A DNA stretch of 63,538 nucleotides, counting the filler, from Welwitschia mirabilis (Eukaryota): assembly GCA_051453625.1 (NCBI GenBank). It is 6 parts of one record of this genome, joined end to end, with 100 filler letters (N's around TTAATTAATTAA, not from the genome) between each part and the next. Parts side by side here need not be neighbours in the genome. Positions count along the whole stretch, not along the records: positions 11,875 to 35,410 come from JBOZIK010000001.1; positions 35,511 to 40,425 come from JBOZIK010000001.1; 4 more parts are not named here. One strand, written 5' to 3'. A program made the position numbers and the translations under genes. This document shows positions 27,401 through 38,788 of the stretch, piece after piece. Positions within the stretch are counted from its first letter, which is position 1; each line of letters starts with the position of its first letter. A model generated the notes under the pieces. The model searched no databases, was not told the origin of the DNA, and saw nothing but the letters and a program-made list of their open reading frames with translations.

Positions 27401-29598
27401 TTACCCCTCTACTAGAGTAAATGAAGGCATTATTAGTAGCCATTCATAAGATTTCTAAAAAATAACTATATGATTATGTCCTTGGAGTTTCATTACTAAA
27501 GAGTTAATTAAATAAATACACCCTTAGGTTTTAATAGATATGTCCTTTATAAATTCTTTAAGTGTTGTTGCTACTCCATGTTCTAAATATAAGTTTCTTG
27601 ATAGGTTGTTAGCTTTTATTTTCCTAATTTTATAATACTTCTAAGCTATAACATTAATACTAGTTCCTAAATATACCAAATTGTATTCCTTTAGTTTATT
27701 ATTAACTTATATATTTATCATGGGTATTCTTGGGTTACCATCTTTTTCATGTTGTTTATTATAAAGAACTTGTGTAAAGGACTAATAAACTTGATCTTTC
27801 TTAATCATCTCTATTCATTTTTCTTTGGTCTATTTTTTATTCTTCTATTTTGATCATGCACTCTTCATTTTTCTCCAATACGTAAGAACATTTTTTAACA
27901 TCTTTATAAGAGATAATAAAATTGTAATGTTCTCTAAGGCTTTAGCTCCGTATTTTGAGGTTTTTTCAACCTGAGGGTGCTTAATATGCTTAATTCTCAT
28001 GAAAATGGTAAATGTACTAGCTACTTACCTTCTAATACTTCATTTTCTATGCTATTTTTTCTTTTTTTAGGTAAGCTACTTTAGTCCCTTATTCTTTTAT
28101 AAATCCAGTCTATTGTCAAAGCTTTGCCTAATCTAGTATCACAACTTTACTAGCTGCTTTTCTTAAACTTGAATAAGGTTTAATAGGAATCTTTCCTTCT
28201 TTCATTTTTTTTCTTGTTGATTATTCTTATTATTTTTCTGTTCTCTATTCCTCTAATTTCTATAATACCAAAACTATTATTATCCCTTCAATTTTATATA
28301 TTTTTGCAAGGGTTTTTCTAATGATTTCTTTATTTCCTAAGGCTAATTCCCTAAATTTAAATCTAACCTATTTACCGCTAATCATTGAACAAATTTCTAC
28401 ATTAGAGAACAATTTATTCCCTCATGGTTATCTTTCTTATAATGTTCATAAGTAAGAACTTCTTTGTCTTTCATATGTTATCTAGCTAACTAATCAAATG
28501 TTTCTACTGTACTACTAGTTATCATTTTGGCTACCTCTTCCATAAGACTGATATCTTTATAGTTATACACATTACCTTTAATTTCAAATGTTTACACCTC
28601 ATTAATCTTTCTATTCTTCTTATTTTTTTGATCCCATCCCTGACTTATATTATATAATTAGATGATGGTTTGAACTATAAAATAAATCTAACTTATTTAA
28701 GCTTTGGCTTTTTAATCTTATATGTATGGTTTTAGTTCTTTATTTAGTATAGATTTTATGGTTAGAACATGTATCTAGTAATATGCTATATGTCTCCATA
28801 AATTCACTAAATATTTTAATTTGTTTCTATTTAATGTTTAAGATTTATTTACTTAAGTCTTAAACTATTCTTATAGGTTAAAATTTATTCAAAAAAACAT
28901 TTTTAAGAACTCCTTATAAGATAAATACAAGGTTATGGTTCCTTTGATATCATAATTTAGCTTTTCTTTTAATAAAAAAGGAAAAGAAAACTATTTGAGA
29001 TCATTAGATTCTAAATCTAGAGAAATTTTCTTATGAAAGGAGTTAAATAATATTAGGTGGAGTAAGGATTATTTAGATTTATTTTCTTAAACATTTGATA
29101 TAGATGTAACATTTATACTTCTAAACTTCTTAGGAAACTCCAAATCATTAGGATTCATAGGTATTAAGTCTTCTAGCCAATGGATGTCATAGTTTGAGTA
29201 TCTAGAATCTCAATTATCTTCTTGATAATAACTACACAAAAATGTATTTATAGTATGGGCTTTAAAATTCTTATAATTACCATTCATTCTAGAATATTCT
29301 CCTTAGATCAAAGGTTCTTTAAGGAGAATCAATAACTTTTGTTCTATTTCACTCATAAGTTGTGGTAAGATTTGGTCCTTCATAACCTATCCTAGAGTGG
29401 TTTTCTCAACCTTTAAGTTTTTTTCCTCTATTTTAATTAAATCTAATTTCCTATCTACTTATTTAAATCATCTTTTTTTAGATCTTTAACATACCTTCCT
29501 CTATCAATTTTCCATTTTCCTTAACCGTGTTTCTAATGTATGGACTTCTTCATCCTTACTAGTTGACTTTAATATACATCCTTCTTATAGTACCAAAA
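24500..29598 (-). mobile_element. Very old Athila-like gag-pol remnant
   Basis: Minus-strand motifs: protease (GNPRIPMINI...LVYLGTSINVI, ~27650-27740), RT (IQILKDEITNILDVRCVHPISNLE.INP, ~27000-27110), RNase H (RWILML.ESNLKIIDKK, ~25940-25990), integrase (HKVTIAYSP.CNGQ, ~25040-25085). Possible decayed PBS TGGTACTATAAGAAGG at ~29580-29595. Confidence 0.75.
25163..25445. repeat. ~143 bp tandem duplication inside the integrase remnant
   Basis: tctaaatgtcta...gaaaaggtaataat..ttaagagg.ataaag.catgta...taggtaatcaa...atactt...tgaagga occurs twice. Confidence 0.75.
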
Positions 29599-30949
29599 TG
29601 ATAAAAGCTAACAATTTTTAAAAATACACATAAATGCTATGACATAATGCATGAAGCACTAGGAATGTAAAACTATTAATATAAACATAAGATTTAATCA
29701 TTTAATTTAAAATAGAGGTTTACTAAAGAACTAGTTTAGAATGTCAAGTATCCAACGAACATAATTCAAATTGTATAACTAAGATAAATTGTTGATAAAG
29801 ATCAACTTAAATAATTTTATATTAAGTGTTGACACATTTCCACTATATTCATAAAATAATTTTTTAATGGGAAAAGATAAAAAGCATTTAAAATAAACTA
29901 TAATGTTAAAACAAAACTTATTTCTAAGCACTGCTAATATTGTATCATATGTTTAGCTACATGTACTAGAGTACAAGAAAAAGAAACATTATCTTTTTAA
30001 GTAATATTATAATAAATATAGCATAAAATAAAACTCTTTAGTTTTTCATTAATATCAATGATACAATACAATTCTTAGCATGTGCATGTATATGAACTAA
30101 ACCAATAAGATTTAGATGGCTATGATTCCTTCTTAGGAATGGACTAGAGCTTTAATATGCTACATTGGTAAATCTTTAAAAGGGAACCATTATTGATTTC
30201 CTTCTATTATCAATAATGCCCTTTGTAATTAGTCATTATGTTTTATGTCCCACCTTCTAGTTTCTTGAGAATGGGTCTCTTTCCTTTCTCCTTAAAGATA
30301 TCTACATTGATTAGGTTATTTCTAAATCTTAACATGTCCTCTTCTATCATCCACTCTTAGACATGTCCTCTTCTATCATCAACTCTTAGACCAAGTGACA
30401 ATTATAGGGAAAAAACTAACTAGGGAGGAAAAAATACTAACTACTAGTACACTAAAGTAAAATTACTAATCAAGTTATCTGATAGGTAAAGACTTAAGAT
30501 TAAATTCACATTAAAACTTATTATTATGATTTAAAACTTTACATAGAATTCTTACTTATCATTTATGCAAATAACCTATGAAGTTATAATCCAAACCAGA
30601 AAACAAAAGAAAACTCTAAGGAGGGACATGAGCATCTATATAAAATTTGTTAATGGAATTCTCCTCATTGGTTTTCATCTTGTCAACTACTATAAACCTT
30701 CATTAAGAATAAAAAAAATATATAAGTCAACGTGTTGACTTTACTTTAGGAGAAAACATACTAAATAAAACACACATATAATCATTTAATATATTAACAA
30801 AATTAGTTAGCCAAAGCAAATGATGCTAACAATACTAGCTAAACAAATATTTTTTATTTAAGAATGGATGGTATTATTAAGAAGATGGAGGAAATAATGC
30901 AAAAACTAATGATTGTTATGTCTATCCACCAATAGGAAGAATCCACAGT

Positions 30950-33900
30950 AGTGCATTTTCAAATGTCTATAGTACTATAATAGTCTATAATATCATTACA
31001 ACCTTTTCCTCAATAAAAAAACATAGAGTATTACATCAAAAGTCTAATAAAAAAACGAAGTTTGTATTCAATCACTACTAAGAACCTTGAATTATGTGTT
31101 AATTGTGAGTAAATTAGACATCAAGCTTAAGCTTATGGAGCATATAACTATTTACTTGATATCATCAAAGAAATAGTAGTAGTGTTCTAAGATAAAACTT
31201 CCACCAATTCTATAACTCCAATTACACCTTCAGAATTGAGCTATTCCTATATCTAAGAACCACAATGGTGTGGATATTTAACTTATTAGAAAAAAGCACT
31301 ATACCAATAGAATTCATATAGAAATTTGCTTCAAGTAAGATATTATCAAGGTAATAATGGTAATTTCATGCTTAAATTATTCTATTAACAACAAATAATA
31401 ACTCAATATGTAAAAGAACAAACAGACTTAAATGGAAAAGGAATATGAAAAGCATATTGATAAAGCTTCTTCAAGAGTAAAAATTTGTTCTTTCTTCTTA
31501 AGGAAAGACAAATCATAGTGATAAATCTTTTAATTATTCATGCACAATAATGAGAAGAAGTGGGAAAATCTTAAAAATAATAGAAAATACTTAAGGCTCC
31601 ATAAAAAAAAAAAACATTTTGAGAAAATAGAAGCATCTAAGGAGAATCACTCAAATGAAAAAACTTCATAAGATGATAAATTAGAATAACTAAAATTAAA
31701 TTCAAAAACTCTTATTATTCTTGAAATTCTAATTATATCAACTGAGCCAACAATTATATCATCACTTCATAGAAAGTTAAAGGAAGATCTCACAAATAAT
31801 TAAAAACTAAATAGATGTTTGGAGAGGTAAAACTTAGAACTTTTATAATTCAAGTCCTTAAAGATACACACATGTACTCTAAATATAGTAATTACTTAAA
31901 CTAAAAAAATAAAATTCATTCCTTAATAATTATACCTAGTTAAAAATATTATACAAATGATAAAGAAGAAAATATCACCTAAACATAAGAATTGAGGATT
32001 ACTTATACTTTTAGTAATCATAAACAAGAAAAAATTACATCATGCATTACTTAATTTAGGTTCTATAGTTAGCATCAAACTCTTATATATTTATGAAACC
32101 TTGATATTAAGAAATCTATTTTCTAAGTTGATTAAGAATCCAATCTTATATATTTTATGATTTTGAAAATTACTAAAAAAATTCTTTCGAATCATTTTAG
32201 GAAGACTTATTAACATGTAAAATTTAACACATATTTTAAGTAATTATGATTAATATGACATGATTGTATAGTAGTTTCTATGATTTTATCTTTTATCTTA
32301 ATTTATTCTATTAAAACCATGAAAAACTAACATTCTTCATTTATCAATGGTATTTTTAGATCTTTAACTAGATGCTAGAACATGGTTCATGTTATGAGGC
32401 CAAACTGGTCGTATTTAAAATTATATTTGAGGATGTTTTTGGGTTAATTAGATAAGTCCCTCAAAGAATATTAAAACTTCATCAAAGCTTCATGATCAGC
32501 ACAAATTATATAGATTTTCCATTGTATTCAAATCCTTTATTATTTTAATTAAAGACTTATCTATTCTACCCTATGAGAAGATGATTAGAAGAGGAATTAG
32601 AGTATTAACTTAGGAGTAATTTCCATCATAATGATTATAATAGAGTCCACTTGAGTCACAGAAGGTCTGACAAATGAATTTGATTAAGAAAAAGATGATA
32701 AATTCTAAAATCATACTGAAGGATGATGATTAAAAATAATGAAGGAAGAAATAATGTGTCATCCACCCCATCATCCAGATGATACTACTAGATGATTGAT
32801 AGAGATTTTCTAATAGAAAGGCCCCATTTTAGGACTGTTATTTAAATGATTTTCTAAATGATATTATGAATGACATGTTAGTAAAATCATTAGCAGTTAG
32901 TCATGTGTCTTGCATCTATAGTCACTCAAGATTTTCATTTGCACTATTGTCTAAATGATAGTTAAGACGATAGCAAGAATAATAAAATTGAATAAGTATC
33001 AAGTGTTAAGAAGCACTTCCTAGGTTATCAAAAAAGTGTTAAAACTTAAAACTCAAGCTAGAAGTTTCATTCAATACAATTTAGATTCCTTGCAATCGAA
33101 AGTTACTGGAACACCCTTCTCCACTTCTTCCACTTACTCTTAGCTACATGGCTAGGATATCAAAGTTGATTAGTTCTCCCTCATTTGGAATAGATATGCC
33201 ACTACTAAGCATTCCTTCATTTCATGACTAGCCTATAATAATAGACTCATCACTAAAGATAGGCTGAGCAAATTTGGTATCCAAACTGATACAAGTTGTA
33301 TTTTATATAATTTAGCTATAGAAACTTGTAATCACATCTTTTTTGAGTGTTCCCCCTGCTTTACTATCTTTAAAAATGCTTTTAACTTATTGCAAATTCA
33401 ACCCCATTCTTCCAATTAGATAGTTCCATTATAGTGGATAAATCACAGATTTATGAGTCATTCGACTTAACACAGCATCATCAAATCGATTTTCTTAACA
33501 TGCATCTATTACATCTGGCATAGTAGTAATGCAAAAATATTCAAGAAAGTTGAGTTTAGGCCCCACTAGCTGATCAAAGAAATCNNNNNNNNNNAAGAAA
33601 TCCAAGATCTATTAAAGATCAAACTAGCTTCTATTAAAAGAATTAAGGACACCCAAAGAAATCATAGTTGGTATCATTCAATGGACATAACCTCATAATT
33701 TCTATGAAGGAGGAACTAATAGTGATTCATCTCCTTCCTAGTTTCAATCATAACATATTTTATTTGGCTTCATGAAGTATTTTTTAAATTATTGATACCA
33801 CTTATCTCCCCTATTTTGAATCTATGCATTACCTTCATCTCAACATCACTCAATGACAATCAAGCCAAACCAGACTAGAGAAATCACTCAGGCGGAGTTC

Positions 33901-34930
33901 AAGTAAGTCACAAGTTTTATTGAATCTAAGGAAAAGTAGCTCATAGGCATTCATAACTCATATTTCAATTAGCTCAAGTTTGATTTTAATCCTTTTTTTT
34001 TTTGTCTATCTTGTATTTTTCTGTCTTAGCCTTAAATTTCTAAGAATACCTGTATGAGTCTAGTTTTTTATCTTTTGGCCTTATGTAATTGACTGTACTT
34101 CCTCATTTATTAGTAATGAAAAATGCAATTTTCATTCAAAAAAGAAAATGTTAAGTAGTTTCCACTGTCATCCATCTCATCATCCAGACGATAACAAATG
34201 GATGACAGTCTATTATTTGTCAAAAAAATTAATCCTCTTTGTAACAAACATTGGTCTTGATTGTGTCTTTTTACACCATATATTTTGTCTGCCTAACACT
34301 AATACTAAAGCATAAATAGATCATTCTAAATCATAATTTTTCATCTTTTTGTATAATTTAATCTTGTGATGAATCAAGGATTGAAGAGGTAAATGGATCT
34401 ATCTTGTCTTATGAGAAATATATTCTTAGTATTAGGCTATGATTCTTGCATTAAGGATTTTTTGCTTAATTTTATTTCTCTTATGAAATTCTCTTATATT
34501 CCTTATAGTTTATGTGTGACATCATTTTGTAATGGATATGGATTATAAGAACTAATCTAAAAAAATATTAGATTAGAAAATTTATTAGTGTTTACATTTA
34601 AATTGCATTCATTTAATTGCATTACATTTTATTTTATTTCATTATCATCCATTGCATTTCCTATATTTGCATTGCTTTTAATTTATTTTTAATTCAAAAA
34701 AATAGTAATTTACATTATCTTTCCATTCTATTCAAATCAATTTTCCAATTCCCTATTATTAGTCTCCTCTAGAGTATGACATTTTGGATTGTTTCCACTA
34801 TATAAGTGTGTTTTGTCAAGAAAATATACATTCAATTTTTAGGCATTTAGATCAAAGATACTTTGAGTCTATTCAAATTCTAAAGAACAAATATATATCA
34901 TGACATTTTGATGTCACTATTGAAAAAGAC
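30950..34930 (+). mobile_element. Very old Athila-like remnant (gag/protease and 3' region)
   Basis: Protease-like HALLNLGSIVSIKLLYIYE at ~32040-32100. Carries the palindromic motif shared with the other Athila copies (32757, 34164). Boundaries unclear. Confidence 0.45.
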
Positions 34931-35849
34931 TTCAAGGAAATTGAAAAGCTTTCATTACTCAAATAAGTATCTTGAATTTAATTCAATTTATTTAATTGAA
35001 TAGTGTTAAAGCATATCCTATCTTGGATTTACTTTCTTAGACTTGATTACCTTTTAATATCTATAAGTGATTGCTTGATTATCCAATCTAGGTGTATTTT
35101 AATTTCCTTTAATTGTAATTTTCTTTACTATAAAATTTCTTTAATTTTTGTGATCAATCTATTTTGAGGAACTAATATTTGAATTTAGCACTTTAAATTT
35201 TAAAAATCATTTTATATTTTAGCATTTTACATTTCTAAAATTATTGTTAGTAAGCCTACTCTTTCTTTTTAAAAATAGATTGACATTTTTTAATTAGTTC
35301 TACCCTTCACACTTTGTGTGATCTTAGGGATTACCAAATTATTTATCGCAAACTTGGCTTACACTTTGTACTTTATGTAATCTAAGTGACTATTATATAT
35401 AAATTTTTTTNNNNNNNNNNNNNNNNNNNNNNNNNNNNNNNNNNNNNNNNNNNNTTAATTAATTAANNNNNNNNNNNNNNNNNNNNNNNNNNNNNNNNNN
35501 NNNNNNNNNNACACTCGGACGTATTTTGCACCATGGCTGAAGTCTGAAAGAATTGATGCAATTCCTATAGCAATGTCCTAGTTCATATCTGCCTCTATTA
35601 GGATCCCCAAGCATGTCCGTTGTCAGAAGCAAAAAAAAAAAATTAGCATCTTTCTGAAGTGGAAGTATTTCTTCCAAAAACCATACAACAGTAGTGAAGT
35701 GCTACACAGCACACAGGCTCCGGTCTTGCTAACATGTCATTCACAAATTTCATGTATACATTCCACTCTTATTCATTAACAAGCATCCCATAGGATGTGT
35801 AGGCCGTCCTCACCGTCAACGGTTGCCGTCAAAGCAGACATCATTCACA

Positions 35850-36125
35850 GCCATTGGCAAAGGCCTCAAGTTTATTGTGCAGGCGAAGGTTTTAAAGGAC
35901 GTTTGAGTTATTGAAACCTTCTGGTAGCTCCACAAGATTAATGTAGGCATTCAATTCTAGCTCTATTAATGATTTAAGTGCTTTAAATCCTTCTAGAAGT
36001 GTCCTTAGAAGAATTCCATTCTAGAAATAGCGAAATTTGAGCTTATGTAGATTGTAAATTTTAAGAGGAAGTTTTGTTAAGGCCCAACATAGAAATCCCA
36101 GAAAGAAGGTTTTCAATTTCCCAGA
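35850..36125 (-). pseudogene. NLR-type leucine-rich repeat fragment (copy 1)
   Basis: GKLKTFFLGFLCWA / LTKLPLKIYNLHKLKFRYF*NGIL / LRTLLEGFKALKSLIELELNAYIN / LVELPEGFNNSNVL*NLRLHNK: 24-aa LxxLPxxhxxLxxLxxLxL periodicity. Confidence 0.7.
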
Positions 36126-36730
36126 TATGAGTCATCCATTGTAGGCCCTATGCATATGTTCGTTTTTATCAGTAGAATTTAATTTGTAAAAAGCACATGC
36201 TAACGGATCCACCAATTGGCACGTGAAAGCACAAAATGATTGAATAATTTGAATGCCTTTGCAGTTCAGAAAATTGTAGGCTAAGAAATAAAAATACGTG
36301 CAAAGACAGTGCTATTAGTACTTTCTGAATGTGTGGAGACGTTTTCTTGAGGCGCAGTAGCGATGTCGTTTTCACCTTTATCTGCACTACCATGCTGAAT
36401 CTTAAGCAGCAGAGATTGCTTAAAACAAAGCTTTATACAACTCCAAAACATTTTTTTTCCTTTGTGAAATCGAATTTTGCATCTGGAAACTCAGTCTGGT
36501 TTTTGAAGAGCATTTGCTTATGCTTTGTAATATCTAAAAATTGCAAACATCATATTTTTCTCCTAACTACAGTGAACTAGAGGCAGTTAACAATGTACTT
36601 ACTACATTACCAACGCCGAGCTTTAATCAACTCATATATCTGTGGCGTATCCTTCGTTGTCTGGTGGTATTCCAACTCAAAATTAGCATATAGAGCTCTA
36701 TTCAATCCTATAAAAACTTTCTTTGCTCTA

Positions 36731-37490
36731 TGTTAGGTGTGGCTCAACTGGGGCACACCGTCCAATGCTCCGCCCACAGGATTGCTCGCAAACAAGCGGT
36801 GGTCCACTCCTATAAAACGCACTCACGGCATGGAGTTTTGATCATTAGCGCTTCGGCGCTATTCATCAGCACTCCGGTGTTGTTCATCCTGCACTCTGGT
36901 GCTTAACAAGTGGTATCAGAGCGTTCTTTGATCCTGACGCCTTCACACACCATTCTGTTTGGCATCTTGTTCGCTGCGGCGCCAGCATGTCTTGAACCCT
37001 GTGCTGCTCCACGTCTGTGTCGTTATCACCGCTTGCCTGACACCACGGCCTCTCTATCAGTTTTCACCGTCTGCGCCTTGCTCGATGCATGGTCTGTTTT
37101 CTTGCGAGGCTCTAAGGTGTTCGTTTTTGCTAGCACGCTTCTTCTCCATGCGCGTGCGCGCCTTTCATCGCACGGCTATCTTTTTCTTGCGTGACGTCTT
37201 TTCTCTATCGCAGCACCTGTGCATCAGGCAGCTTCGCCGCTCTGCTTTGTGCTATTGGTCTTTCCATGATGCTGTGTTTCCTTTTCTGTCGCATCCACTA
37301 TTAACATTTTTTCGGCGTGCCTCAGCGTTTTTTTCTTGGGCTTCTGCCAAGCATCCTACTCCTGCTTCTTGACGTGCGGCTCTTCCTGACAGTGTTTGCC
37401 AACCCTGTGACAGTGCCTGCTAATTCTATTAACTACCTCACGAATTTTTCTCATGCGTCATTAAGGAGAGTTTAACGTGGTTTGACAGAT
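36731..37490 (+). mobile_element. Small LTR element (TRIM-like), 3' end in gap
   Basis: 178-bp LTR tgttagg...cttaaca (36731-36908) with TATAAAA. PBS TGGTATCAGAGC at 36911-36922. Non-coding CpG-rich interior. Absent from the homologous site at ~59530-59541. Confidence 0.75.
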
Positions 37491-38788
37491 NNNNNNNNNN
37501 NNNNNNNNNNNNNNNNNNNNNNNNNNNNNNNNNNNNNNNNNNNNNNNNNNNNNNNNNNNNNNNNNNNNNNNNNNNNNNNNNNNNNNNNNNNNNNNNNNNN
37601 NNNNNNNNNNNNNNNNNNNNNNNNNNNNNNNNNNNNNNNNNNNNNNNNNNNNNNNNNNNNNNNNNNNNNNNNNNNNNNNNNNNNNNNNNNNNNNNNNNNN
37701 NNNNNNNNNNNNNNNNNNNNNNNNNNNNNNNNNNNNNNCACCTCATTTTAAGCCAGGAAAATCTAATTCACAAGCATTGAAATTCTAAATAGAGGGGATG
37801 TTGCAATTAGAGACAATAAAAAACATAGCGATATCACAGAGAATGCAGGGCGAGGATCAGGACGACTAAAACGCAAGGTGAAGAGAAGGCATTCGAAAAA
37901 AAAAAGCATCGGAGGAGGAACAAAATCAGAGGCAGAGGCCAAGACATAAAAGAGAATGCTAGAACGGTAGAGATGGTCATAGCTCATTGAGGAAAAACAT
38001 GAATGAGGGACCTCATAAAAAAAAGGACCAACAAAGAAAAAAAAAAAAAAAAAGACTAGCGCAGGGCAGAGACACACCAAACGCATTCAGGAAATCACAA
38101 ATGCTGAATAACAAAAAGATTTAGCAAAAGCAGAAGAAGGAGGATGTCATTCACTGAGGATGGAAGGGACAGAACACTAAAGAGGAACAGAGAATAGCGA
38201 ATAGCAGGAAAACACCAGCACCATAGAGGAACACGTAAAGTAAGGCTGAAGGCGCATCAGTAGAACGTGGAGCAAGAAGAAACGCCACACCAGAACGGTC
38301 AAAAAGCAAGGTGCAGGCACAAAGGGAACAACAGAGCAGTAATGCAGGCAAGAGAAAAGACGGGACGGCATAAAACACCAATAAATCGAGGCACATGTCC
38401 ATTTTGTTTATCTCCTAAAAAGGGTTGAAATCACATTTTAAAAAAGATTTTACTTTTAAAAAAAAGAAAGACAAATATTAAATATCATAATTATGTATGA
38501 AATATTTTTAGCTGATAGATAATTTTATTAGAAAAAAATTAGACTTACAAAAATTAGCCCTTTTTTTAAAAAAACGATTTTTAAAAAAAATGGGTTTAAA
38601 ATTTTGGCATTATATAGATATGAAAATTTGCATAGGACCTAATCAAAGTTCTAGACTTATAAAAACGAACATATGCATTATATAGATATGAAAATTTGCA
38701 TAGGACCTAATCAAAGTTCTAGATATCAAATATCACTTCACTGTCTGAAGCCACAAATTAAAGTTGCAAAAATATAACTGCAATAGTT

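Larger units (their letters stand above)
35511..38785 (+). repeat. 5' LTR (left end in gap) of Tat element A, containing antisense host-gene fragments
   Basis: Ends just before the PBS at 38789. 35511-36710 and 37739-38145 are colinear with ~58381-59530 and 59541-59925, which lie downstream of a PPT. Confidence 0.7.
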
